This document shows positions 37,319 to 45,838 of a DNA stretch of 56,787 nucleotides, piece by piece. The notes under the pieces were generated by a model. That model had not been told where the DNA came from. It was given only the letters and a program-made list of their open reading frames with translations, and did no database searches. Source of the DNA: an uncultured Chitinophaga sp. (GTDB lineage: Bacteria; Bacteroidota; Bacteroidia; Chitinophagales; LD1); the NCBI GenBank assembly GCA_964563185.1, contig CAZLXD010000001.1, positions 12,502 to 69,288 on the forward strand, written 5' to 3'. Numbering within the stretch: position 1 is the stretch's first letter; the number at the start of each line of letters is the position of its first letter. The position numbers and the translations under genes were made by a program.

Positions 37319-37690
37319 AATATTTAGCTTTTTCGATGATTTTTCGAAGCTATAAAATATTTTTTTGAAGGCATAAAAAAATTTCAGGAAATTATGGAAA
37401 ATAAAAAGGATGGTATTTCTATTATTAAAGGTTTCCTTACATTTTTTAATTATTACCTTATGTATTTTAAATGCAGTATAAAAAAATTTATTTGCTACGC
37501 TTAAAAAAATAAGGGTTCCCTGAAAATAAATAATGCCTTCTTTTTATTTTTTCATAAAGGCATAAAAATTTTTAAGGGAAGCGTAAAATGGTGTGTGCAG
37601 GCGCATAAACCGCTGAAACCTTACGGGTTTTTAAAACCGATAAGGTTTTAAGTTACTGCTTACCGGTGCCTTTCTGCTGTAAACTTCCTT

Positions 37691-38806
37691 CTACTCCTTT
37701 ACCACCTTGCTAACCGCCCTTAGCCCACCGGGCGTGGTAAGGGCAGCTAAGTAAATACCGCCCGGAAGCTCCGCGATGTGGATGTCGGATTTAAGATTTG
37801 TGATTTCGGATTTAAGCACCACCCTCCCCGTTAAGTCGGTAAGGGTAAGGGTGCTGCCGTTGTGTTGTTCGCTTAGGGTAATGGTTAGTTGTGTGGAGGC
37901 GGGGTTGGGGAAGAGGGAGAGGGTGAGGGTGTTTACAGAAAGTAATTTCTCTCCTGTAAATCCCTCGCAAGGGTTAGGGTTGAGGGTATTGCATAATGGA
38001 ATAGTATCGTAAGGAGGATTACTATGAATAATTTTCTGGTAAGCAGGCAAGCAGGTAATGTTTGTGTTATCGAAGTTGAATTCACTGATAATTTTAATAG
38101 CAGGCAGGCAGGCAATTGGGTTATCCCTCAGGTCTAAAAAACCTAACGAATCAGGTAGTTCAGGCAGGCTTATTATTTGATTGAAGGTGCAACTTAACGT
38201 TGTCAGCCCCTTGGGCATAGGTGGTATGGTGGTCAGGTTATTTACATAGCACCAAAGCGAACGCAGGCTATCGGGCAATGCCGGTAATGAAGTAAGCTGA
38301 TTGTAGTTGCACCAGAGCGTGTTCAGCTTTAATGGCAATGCTGGCAAAGCCGTTATTTCGTTTAAGCTACAACGCAAATCGAAAAGATTGGCAGGAAGGG
38401 CAGGCAAAGCACTTAGGTTATTGTTGCCACAAGTTAGTTTTCGCAAAGTGGCCGGTAAATCAGGAAGGCTGTTTAGTTGGTTGTTGCTACATTCCAATTC
38501 GTACAGTAAACGGGGCAAGGCAGTAATGCCGGTCAGGTTATTGTTTCTACAGTTTAGTATTCGCAGGCTATCAAAGTACTGTATTCCTTCTACGCTTTGC
38601 GCTTGTAGCCCATCAATATTTATAGAATACCGTTTGGTAACCACCTTACAAGTAGTATCAAGCTGGTTGCCGTTAATCATACAGGTATCAAACCCGTTGT
38701 TGTAAAGCCAATCAGCAAAAAGATTATCAGTAATGGTTACATATTGCGCGTTTGCCCAACTGTGAGCCGCCCACCATAAACCGCAAACAAGTATCAGTTT
38801 CCTCAT
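37691..38806 (-). CDS. Leucine-rich repeat protein (20-21 aa LPxLPxxLxxLxCxxNxLT repeats) with a T9SS type A C-terminal sorting domain
   Basis: Signal peptide, then about 8 repeats such as LTSLPALPDSLRSLWCYVNNLTTIPPMPKGL. The C-terminus is LSLFPNPASTQLTI...GGIYLAALTT...KVVKE. Confidence 0.85.
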   Translation of the reverse strand: MRKLILVCGLWWAAHSWANAQYVTITDNLFADWLYNNGFDTCMINGNQLDTTCKVVTKRYSINIDGLQAQSVEGIQYFDSLRILNCRNNNLTGITALPRLLYELECSNNQLNSLPDLPATLRKLTCGNNNLSALPALPANLFDLRCSLNEITALPALPLKLNTLWCNYNQLTSLPALPDSLRSLWCYVNNLTTIPPMPKGLTTLSCTFNQIISLPELPDSLGFLDLRDNPIACLPAIKIISEFNFDNTNITCLPAYQKIIHSNPPYDTIPLCNTLNPNPCEGFTGEKLLSVNTLTLSLFPNPASTQLTITLSEQHNGSTLTLTDLTGRVVLKSEITNLKSDIHIAELPGGIYLAALTTPGGLRAVSKVVKE

Positions 38807-38896
38807 AACAGGCCAAAACTACACTTAACCACCGCAACAACCAAGCACAGGCAAAAAAATGACAGTAGTATGACAAATGCCCCTTTTGCCCCACCC

Positions 38897-38935
38897 CGCT
38901 GCCTACTGCCGCTTACCACTTAAAACTTACCACTT
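38897..38935 (+). repeat. Solo copy of the CTGCCTACTGCCGCT repeat plus a CTTACCACTT direct duplication
   Basis: 38899-38913 is identical to 32857-32871 (15 of 15). It is followed by CTTACCACTT twice, at 38912-38921 and 38926-38935. Confidence 0.8.
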
Positions 38936-38977
38936 CCCGCCCTCGCAACATTCCCCCGCCACAGAGGCGCATATTTT

Positions 38978-38985
38978 TATTTTTG
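38978..38985 (+). promoter_or_regulatory. Candidate -7 promoter box (TAnnTTTG) for prfA
   Basis: TATTTTTG lies 19 nt upstream of the prfA ATG. Confidence 0.3.
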
Positions 38986-39004
38986 CCCCCCGTTAAACCA
39001 AACC

Positions 39005-40081
39005 ATGTTTACCCAGTTAGAAAACCTTAAAGGAAAATTTTTTGAAGTTGGCAAAACCCTCAGCGACCCGGCTACCATGGCCGATATGAAACGCTTTACC
39101 CAGCTAAACAAAGAATACCGCGAACTGGAAAAAATTGTAAAGGTGTACGATGAATACAAACTTGTACTCTCTAACACCGACAACAACAAAAACATACTCG
39201 AAACCGAAAAGGACGAAGAGTTCCGCGAAATGGCCAAAGCCGAACTGGCCGAACTGGAAGTAAAAAAACAGCAGCTGGAAGAAGAACTAAAGCAACTGCT
39301 GGTACCCAAAGAACCCGAGGACGAACGCAACGTACTGGTAGAAATACGGGCCGGTACCGGGGGCGATGAAGCCAGCCTTTTTGCGGGCGACCTGGCCCGC
39401 ATGTACACCCGCTACTGCGAACTGCTGGGCTGGAACGTTACCACCGTTACCGCCAACGAAGGCACCGTAGGCGGCTTTAAAGAAATAGTGCTGGAAATAA
39501 CCGGTGAAAACGTGTACGGCAAAATGAAGTTTGAAAGCGGTGTACACCGCGTGCAGCGCATTCCCGAAACCGAAGCCAAGGGCCGCGTACATACCTCGGC
39601 AGTTACCGTAGCCGTGCTGCCCGAAGCCGATGAAGTAGAAGTTTACATTAACCCGGCCGATATTAAGTTAGATGTGTTTCGCGCCAGCGGAGCCGGTGGC
39701 CAGCACGTTAACCGTACCGAAAGTGCCGTGCGCCTTACGCACTTACCCACCAACACGGTGGTTGAATGCCAGGCCGAGCGCTCGCAGCACAAAAACCGCG
39801 AGCAGGCCATGAAAATGCTCAAAACAAAAATTTACGAAGAAGCCGTTCGCAAACACGAAAACGAAATTGCCGCCCGCAGAAAAACACTCGTTAGCACAGG
39901 CGACCGCTCGGCTAAAATTCGCACCTACAACTACCCGCAGGGCCGCATTACCGACCACCGTATAAACATGAGCATGTACAACCTCGATGCCTACATGAAC
40001 GGAGAAATTGGCGAAATGATTGATGCCCTGGCCGTAGCCGAGCAAACCGAAAAGCTGAAAGAAGGCAACGTGGTGTTTTAA
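39005..40081 (+). CDS. prfA: Peptide chain release factor 1
   Basis: GGQ motif (SGAGGQHVNRTESAVRLTH), the PET variant of the PxT tripeptide region (RIPETE), 358 aa. Confidence 0.97.
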   Translation: MFTQLENLKGKFFEVGKTLSDPATMADMKRFTQLNKEYRELEKIVKVYDEYKLVLSNTDNNKNILETEKDEEFREMAKAELAELEVKKQQLEEELKQLLVPKEPEDERNVLVEIRAGTGGDEASLFAGDLARMYTRYCELLGWNVTTVTANEGTVGGFKEIVLEITGENVYGKMKFESGVHRVQRIPETEAKGRVHTSAVTVAVLPEADEVEVYINPADIKLDVFRASGAGGQHVNRTESAVRLTHLPTNTVVECQAERSQHKNREQAMKMLKTKIYEEAVRKHENEIAARRKTLVSTGDRSAKIRTYNYPQGRITDHRINMSMYNLDAYMNGEIGEMIDALAVAEQTEKLKEGNVVF

Positions 40082-40159
40082 ATAATCGTGGTAAACCACC
40101 TCCGCCATTTTGCGGCATCGGCCCCGCCCTGCAATTTTGTATCATTGCAGCCCTGCCCT

Positions 40160-42685
40160 ATGAAGAACAGCTATAAAGTAGAAGACATTGCAAAAGCCAC
40201 CGGTGGCAAGGTGGCACAGCCGGTAGCCAAAGAGCTTATTATACAGGAGTTGCTGCTCGATTCGCGCAAGCTTATTCACCCCGAACACACTTTGTTTTTT
40301 GCCTTGCCGGGCCAAAAGTTAGACGGGCATAATTACATACCCGAGCTGTACGAAAAAGGCGTGCGCGCTTTTGTGGTAACCAAAGCCCCCGCACAGGAGC
40401 AGTTTCCCGATGCCAACTTTATAGTAGTAAAAGATGCGGTGGCTGCCCTGCAAAAACTGGCGGGCTGGCACCGCGCTAAATTCAACATACCGGTTATTGG
40501 CATTACCGGCAGCAACGGCAAAACCATTGTAAAGGAATGGCTGTATCAGTTATTGCACGAAGACTACCACATTGTGCGCAGCCCCAAAAGCTACAACTCG
40601 CAAATAGGCGTGCCGCTTTCGCTTTGGTTAATGAACGGGGAAAACCGCCTCGGCATTTTCGAAGCGGGCATCTCTGAGTCGGACGAGATGATTAAGCTCG
40701 AAAAAATCATTCGCCCCACCATTGGCATTTTTACCAATGTAGGCGAAGCACACAGCGATGGCTTTTTAAACATCCGCCACAAAACCAAAGAAAAGCTGAA
40801 ACTTTTCGTTAATGCCGATGTGTTGATTTACTGTAAGGACTATCCGGATATAAACCAAAGCATAGCCGAAATAAATGTACTTTCAAAAGGCAGCGATGAC
40901 ACCGAAAACAAAATCAAAACTTTTACATGGAGCTTTAGCAACGAGGCCGATTTGTTTGTAAGCAGCGTGCTGCAAAAGAATAATCACTCGTTTGTTCATT
41001 GTGTGTACGGGCACAGGGAATTCGATTTTGAAATTCCCTTTAGCGACCGCGCCAGTGTTGAAAACGCCATTCACTGTGTGTGCGTTATGTTGTACCTGGG
41101 CAAAGAGCCTTCGGTAATTACCGAGCGTATGTCCCACCTTGCACGCATTGCCATGCGTTTGGAAATGAAGGATGCCATCAACAACTGCTCGCTCATTAAC
41201 GACTCGTACAACTCCGACCTTAACTCGCTGCGCATTGCTATTGATTTTCTGAAACAGCAACACCAGCATCCGAAAAAGACGGTGATTCTTTCCGATATAC
41301 TTCAAAGCGGCAAGGGAGAACTGGAACTGTACGCGGAAGTGGCAGAACTACTCCGGCAAAACAATATTCATCGCCTTATAGGTATTGGCACTGCACTCCA
41401 CCGCCAAAAGAAATTGTTTGAAAAGAACGAAGCCCTGCAGTGCGACATTTATCCTTCTACCGATGATTTTTTGCAGCACATGGATTCTTCTTCTTTTCAA
41501 AGCGAGGTGATTCTATTAAAAGGTGCGCGCAAGTTCCGGTTTGAAGTAATAGGCAAGTTTTTAGAGAAGAAGGCACACGAAACCGTACTGGAAATAAACC
41601 TGAATGCGGTGGCCAATAATTTAAAGGTTTATCAATCGCTGCTAAAACCCGAAACCAAAATTATGGCTATGGTAAAAGCGTTCAGCTATGGCAGCGGAAG
41701 TTTTGAAATAGCCAATGTGTTGCAGTTTAACCGTTGCGATTATCTGGCGGTAGCTTATGCCGATGAAGGAGTGGAGCTTCGCAAAAACGGAATCACACTG
41801 CCAATTATGGTCATGAACCCCGAACAGCGGAGTTTCGAAGCCATGATTCAGTACCACTTAGAGCCGGATGTTTATAGCCTGAATCTGCTGGAAAAGTTTT
41901 CTGAAACGCTGCTATTGCTAAGAGGAAACAATAGCACCGAAAAGTACAAGGTACACATAGAACTGGAAACCGGCATGAACCGCCTCGGCTTCGAAGCCAC
42001 GGAAATTGACGCCCTGATTGAAAGGCTAAAACAAAACCATCTGTTGGAAGTGGCTTCCGTGTTTTCGCACTTAGCTGCCAGCGAGGATAAAAGCTACGAC
42101 AGCTTTACCAAAGAGCAAATTGCTTTATTCGAAACCATGAGCACAAAAATCTGCTCCGCGTTTAACTACAAAATCATCCGCCACATATTAAACAGTGCCG
42201 GCATTACACGGCACACCAAAGCACAGTTTGATATGGTGCGGCTGGGCATTGGCTTATATGGTATTGATGGCTCTGAAAAAGTGCAGGGTAAGCTCATCAA
42301 CGTTTCTACGCTTAAAACCACCATCTCTCAAATTAAGCATCTAAAGAAAGGCGACACCGTTGGCTACGGCCGCGTTGGAAAAGTTACTAAAGACAAGGCC
42401 ATTGCCACCGTGGGTATTGGCTATGCCGATGGGCTTAGCCGCAAACTCTCTAACAAGGCAGGGCGAATGCTGGTGAACGGAAAGCTGGTACCTATCATCG
42501 GTAATATTTGTATGGATATGACCATGCTGGATATTACCGGAGTGGATGCCAAAGAAGGCGATGAAGTAATTGTGTTCGGCAATAACCCCACAGTAGAAGA
42601 AGTAGCCGAAGCGGCCGAAACTATTCCTTACGAAATACTCACCGGAATTTCGGGACGGGTAAAGCGGGTGTATTTTCAGGAATGA
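40160..42685 (+). CDS. Bifunctional UDP-N-acetylmuramoyl-tripeptide--D-alanyl-D-alanine ligase (MurF) / alanine racemase (Alr)
   Basis: N-terminal Mur ligase with P-loop GITGSNGKT. The C-terminal half has the alanine racemase PLP-lysine block (MAMVKAFSYGSG) and VGYGR...ICMDM blocks. The start was chosen at MKNSYKV; the ORF is open from 40088. Confidence 0.9.
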   Translation: MKNSYKVEDIAKATGGKVAQPVAKELIIQELLLDSRKLIHPEHTLFFALPGQKLDGHNYIPELYEKGVRAFVVTKAPAQEQFPDANFIVVKDAVAALQKLAGWHRAKFNIPVIGITGSNGKTIVKEWLYQLLHEDYHIVRSPKSYNSQIGVPLSLWLMNGENRLGIFEAGISESDEMIKLEKIIRPTIGIFTNVGEAHSDGFLNIRHKTKEKLKLFVNADVLIYCKDYPDINQSIAEINVLSKGSDDTENKIKTFTWSFSNEADLFVSSVLQKNNHSFVHCVYGHREFDFEIPFSDRASVENAIHCVCVMLYLGKEPSVITERMSHLARIAMRLEMKDAINNCSLINDSYNSDLNSLRIAIDFLKQQHQHPKKTVILSDILQSGKGELELYAEVAELLRQNNIHRLIGIGTALHRQKKLFEKNEALQCDIYPSTDDFLQHMDSSSFQSEVILLKGARKFRFEVIGKFLEKKAHETVLEINLNAVANNLKVYQSLLKPETKIMAMVKAFSYGSGSFEIANVLQFNRCDYLAVAYADEGVELRKNGITLPIMVMNPEQRSFEAMIQYHLEPDVYSLNLLEKFSETLLLLRGNNSTEKYKVHIELETGMNRLGFEATEIDALIERLKQNHLLEVASVFSHLAASEDKSYDSFTKEQIALFETMSTKICSAFNYKIIRHILNSAGITRHTKAQFDMVRLGIGLYGIDGSEKVQGKLINVSTLKTTISQIKHLKKGDTVGYGRVGKVTKDKAIATVGIGYADGLSRKLSNKAGRMLVNGKLVPIIGNICMDMTMLDITGVDAKEGDEVIVFGNNPTVEEVAEAAETIPYEILTGISGRVKRVYFQE

Positions 42686-42690
42686 CAAGC

Positions 42691-42716
42691 CACCGATTAC
42701 ACCGATGGCACAGATT
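42691..42716 (+). repeat. Left arm of the inverted repeat flanking the GxxExxY gene (three CACNGA units, 9-nt period)
   Basis: CACCGATTA CACCGATGG CACAGATT. The reverse complement of 43131-43157 reads CACGGATTG CACGGATGAA CACGGAA. Confidence 0.8.
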
Positions 42717-43101
42717 AATACACCAGCCGTTTATACTCTAATTTTCCTCTGCCGAAGTTGACTAGTAACCCCACTTTACAGCCTGAAACTTTTAAGTAAT
42801 TAATAGTTTGTGCAATGTGCTCATCTGTAAGCGCTGCGCTGCATTTGGCTTCAAGGATTATATCTTCAAACACCACAAAATCGGCAAAGAAATTGTGCGG
42901 CAGTGGTTTACCACTATAATGAATATCATACGCAACTTCTCTGTTGAATGGAATGCCCTGTTGTTTGAACTCAATCTCCAAAGCGTCTTTATACACCACC
43001 TCCAAGAATCCGTGCCCTAACTCCCGATGCACTTTCATACAAGCGCCAATTATTTTGTAGGTGTCCTCCTCATAAATAAGCTTTGTATTCTCCGTGCTCA
43101 T
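42715..43101 (-). CDS. GxxExxY protein (PD-(D/E)XK-like small protein family)
   Basis: 128 aa with GHGFLEVVY (the GxxExxY motif), a FADFVVFEDIILEAK (D...E.K) core and a GLLVNFG tail. Confidence 0.9.
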   Translation of the reverse strand: MSTENTKLIYEEDTYKIIGACMKVHRELGHGFLEVVYKDALEIEFKQQGIPFNREVAYDIHYSGKPLPHNFFADFVVFEDIILEAKCSAALTDEHIAQTINYLKVSGCKVGLLVNFGRGKLEYKRLVY

Positions 43102-43130
43102 TCGTGGTAGCTATTTTTTTGTCCCTATGC

Positions 43131-43157
43131 TTCCGTGTTCATCCGTGCAATCCGTGG
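43131..43157 (+). repeat. Right arm of the inverted repeat flanking the GxxExxY gene (three TCCGTG units, 9-10 nt period)
   Basis: TTCCGTGTTCATCCGTGCAATCCGTGG. Two further TYCGTG units at 43091 and 43101 straddle the start codon. The arm abuts the DUF4286 stop codon. Confidence 0.8.
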
Positions 43158-43460
43158 CTATACTTCTCTCAGCAAAGTTCTAAACGCCTGAAACTTTCCC
43201 GGGAACATCTCTAAGCCTTCTTTTTGCAGGCGGGGGGCGTGGTTTTCTTTGTATTCAAAGTAATCGCCCATGGTGTTGGCAAAGTACTGCATGGCATAGC
43301 TGATACCATCGCGGGTATCTTCTTCCAAAATGCGGAACATTTTCGCATCCTTAAAACAACCGGTTTCCAGCACACGCGGCATGTGCTCTTCCTTCATCCA
43401 CTTTACCCAAAGGTCGTGTACGTCTAAATCAATCTTTACAGTTACGTTGTAAACTATCAT
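43158..43460 (-). CDS. DUF4286 family protein
   Basis: MIVYNVTVKIDLDVHDLWVKWMKEEHMPRVLETGCF is the typical DUF4286 N-terminus. 100 aa. Confidence 0.85.
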   Translation of the reverse strand: MIVYNVTVKIDLDVHDLWVKWMKEEHMPRVLETGCFKDAKMFRILEEDTRDGISYAMQYFANTMGDYFEYKENHAPRLQKEGLEMFPGKFQAFRTLLREV

Positions 43461-43516
43461 AATGCAAGTTTACTGAGAAATAATAAGCGCGTAATTGCTT
43501 TTGTTATTTTCGGAGC

Positions 43517-43702
43517 ATGATAACGAAAGAGGCCATATTGAAAGCGCTAAAAGATATGCCGGAGCAAATAGATGTGGAAGAGTTGCTCTATAAAATAGTG
43601 TTACTTCAGAAAATTGAGGAAGGGGTTCAGCAATCCAATACACGGCAGGTAATAAGCACCGAGCAACTGAAAGAAGAAGTGCGCAAATGGCAGCAAAAAT
43701 AA
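43517..43702 (+). CDS. Putative antitoxin of a type II TA pair
   Basis: A 61-aa acidic helical ORF that overlaps the downstream ParE/RelE-family toxin gene by 16 nt. Confidence 0.6.
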   Translation: MITKEAILKALKDMPEQIDVEELLYKIVLLQKIEEGVQQSNTRQVISTEQLKEEVRKWQQK

Positions 43703-43980
43703 ACTGGACCCTTCGCAGCCGCGATGACCTTCAGAGCATTTACAACTACATTGCCTCCGACTCTCCCTACTATGCCGAAAGGGAAATGGAACGAATTATT
43801 GCCGCCACATTTATTTTAGAAAACAATCCTAAAGCGGGGCGCATTGTTCCCGAAATAAACAAAGAAGAAATACGGGAAGTTTTTTACGGAAACTATCGCA
43901 TCATCTACCACCTGTTCAGCGAAGTTGAAATAGATGTGCTGACTGTTCATCACGGAGCCATGCGCCTTCGGCTTGGCTAA
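43687..43980 (+). CDS. Type II toxin-antitoxin system RelE/ParE family toxin
   Basis: 97 aa with I..W...A..DL..IY.YI at the N-terminus, GRIVPE, REVFYGNYRIIYHL and VLTVHHGA blocks typical of ParE-like toxins. Confidence 0.85.
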   Translation: MAAKINWTLRSRDDLQSIYNYIASDSPYYAEREMERIIAATFILENNPKAGRIVPEINKEEIREVFYGNYRIIYHLFSEVEIDVLTVHHGAMRLRLG

Positions 43981-43982
43981 CG

Positions 43983-45797
43983 CTACTCGCTCAGGTTATC
44001 ACCCCTTAAAGTCCTGAATCTTTTACGCGCTTCAATTACCAGCAGGGAACTGTTGTAATCGGTAATAATGGTTTTGTAAAGCTCTTTAGCCTTCTCCTTA
44101 TTGTCCAAGTGCTCTTCGCTTATTTGCGCCAAAAGGAATGTGGCATCATCGCCCTTCAAATCGGTTTTGTAATTCTTAATAATGTCCTCCAGCAACGGAA
44201 CTGCGCGCTCGAACTCTTTGCGCTTTGCAAAAATTTGCGCCTTAGTGTATTCTATATCATCATACAAAGCATGGCCGGGAAACAGGTAAGTAATGGTGTC
44301 TAACAATCCGGTTGCCTGCACCTCTTTATTCTGAAACAACAACAGCTCTGCTTTCGCAAACATCATCATCGCGTCCTCTGAAGTATCTAATCCGAGGTTA
44401 TCAATAATAAACACCGAAAGGTTGATGGCATCATTACTGATTAACTCGCTCGTAGAGCTCTTCAAAGCCTGCAACTGTGTTTGTGCCCATTCAAAATCGC
44501 CCCGGTAATAAGCCAGCTTAGCATTGCGAAAACGCGCCTCTTCGCCCAAAGGGGAGTCTTTTTCATCTTTATCTACCTGCGAGTAGAGCAAAGTGCTTTC
44601 CCATACATCGCCATCAATTAAATAGAAATCGCCCAGGGAAAGTTTGGTTTGGTTTTTAAGCTGATTATTTACCCCCGGCATAGACACTATCTCATTACAC
44701 AACTCAATAGCGCTTTTAATATCATGCAGGTAAAAACCTTCTAAATCCGCTAACTCTTTCATGCTTTGTGCGGTGCGGAAACCGCGGCCGTTATCATCAA
44801 TAAACAACAGGTAGTCGCTCTTTAGGCCCAATAAATCTTCCTGCGTGTAATTGATGTTTTTCGAAACTTTCTCTTTGCGGCAATTCAGCAACTCAGTTCT
44901 CGCCTGAAAGTACAGGCTGTTCTCCTTGCCTTTCGAAATAATGTATTCATATCCGGCAATCGCATCGCTGTAGTAGCCTTCGGTTTGCGCCATGCGTGCA
45001 ATGTTCAGCACCCGAAAACCGTTTTCGCTTTTGCGCTTATCCAGTGCTTTCATTTGCAACAAAGCCCCTTCAAAATCTTTGTTCTGAATATACACCCAGG
45101 TAAGCAGGTCAATGTAATCTTCGTTATTAGGCGCTTTTTGCACTTTAGCATACAACTGCATTTCCATTTCGTCCAACATTTTTTGCCCCGCTGCCGATGT
45201 TTGAATAATATTTTTTACCTGCTGTATGCCCTGCGGAAACATTTCCATGTAACCCAGGTAGTATTTTACACTATTAGCCACATCGCCTTTGTTCATGTAT
45301 GCACCGGCCAATTCTAAACCGAAATACGCCCCACCTGGAAGAACCTTGTTGCCTTTGTCGTAAACAGCAATTACATAATCATATAAGCGGTAAGTTTCGA
45401 ATGCGGCAGCCAAACTGCGAATAGCAATCTCGTTGGGCTTTATCTCCTTCAGTGCTTTGTCGTATTGCTCTTTCGATTTGCTCAAGTCAGGAATTTGCGA
45501 ATACAGATAACCCAAGTCCACCACGTGTTGTGCTACTCCGCCAAACTTCTTTACCTGCCTTTTTACTACTTTCTCTAAGTCGTCAAACTTTTTTAGCGTA
45601 ATCAGACATTTGTAAAGTGGTGCGTAGAATTTATTGTCGTAATTGTTCTTCTCCCATAAACCCTGATACAGTTCTGCTGCTTTATCAAACTCTCCGTTTT
45701 GCATATAACTTTTTGCTAGCACTTCATCGCGACCGGCCTGTGCTACCACCACGGAAAAAGAAAGAGTGAAGAATAAAAAAGGAAGAAAGCTTCGCAT
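43983..45797 (-). CDS. Tetratricopeptide repeat protein (secreted)
   Basis: Signal peptide MRSFLPFLFFTLSFSVVVAQA and repeated TPR-like A/Y/L patterns over 604 aa. Confidence 0.8.
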   Translation of the reverse strand: MRSFLPFLFFTLSFSVVVAQAGRDEVLAKSYMQNGEFDKAAELYQGLWEKNNYDNKFYAPLYKCLITLKKFDDLEKVVKRQVKKFGGVAQHVVDLGYLYSQIPDLSKSKEQYDKALKEIKPNEIAIRSLAAAFETYRLYDYVIAVYDKGNKVLPGGAYFGLELAGAYMNKGDVANSVKYYLGYMEMFPQGIQQVKNIIQTSAAGQKMLDEMEMQLYAKVQKAPNNEDYIDLLTWVYIQNKDFEGALLQMKALDKRKSENGFRVLNIARMAQTEGYYSDAIAGYEYIISKGKENSLYFQARTELLNCRKEKVSKNINYTQEDLLGLKSDYLLFIDDNGRGFRTAQSMKELADLEGFYLHDIKSAIELCNEIVSMPGVNNQLKNQTKLSLGDFYLIDGDVWESTLLYSQVDKDEKDSPLGEEARFRNAKLAYYRGDFEWAQTQLQALKSSTSELISNDAINLSVFIIDNLGLDTSEDAMMMFAKAELLLFQNKEVQATGLLDTITYLFPGHALYDDIEYTKAQIFAKRKEFERAVPLLEDIIKNYKTDLKGDDATFLLAQISEEHLDNKEKAKELYKTIITDYNSSLLVIEARKRFRTLRGDNLSE

Positions 45798-45838
45798 TGC
45801 AGAGTGAAAATAGATGAACTTATGTAAACAGGATGCTT

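Noticed and set aside
38100-38560. Roughly 60-bp DNA periodicity (repeated GGTCAGGTTATT / CAGGCAGGC words)
   Set aside because: It is explained by the 20-21-aa leucine-rich repeats of the encoded protein and is not an independent DNA repeat element.
38880-39000. C-rich plus strand (G-runs on the minus strand) as a possible G-quadruplex
   Set aside because: Only three closely spaced runs of at least three G are present (GGGGTGGGGCAAAAGGGG). A canonical four-run G4 motif is not met without long loops.
38977-39408. 143-aa Ser-rich minus-strand ORF
   Set aside because: It is antisense to prfA. The Ser-rich low complexity reflects the complement of Glu/Leu/Lys codons.
40088-40159. 24-codon N-terminal extension of murF/alr starting at GTG 40088
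   Set aside because: The extension (VNHLRHFAASAPPCNFVSLQPCP) is not MurF-like. The ATG at 40160 (MKNSYKVEDIAKATGG) gives the canonical MurF N-terminus.
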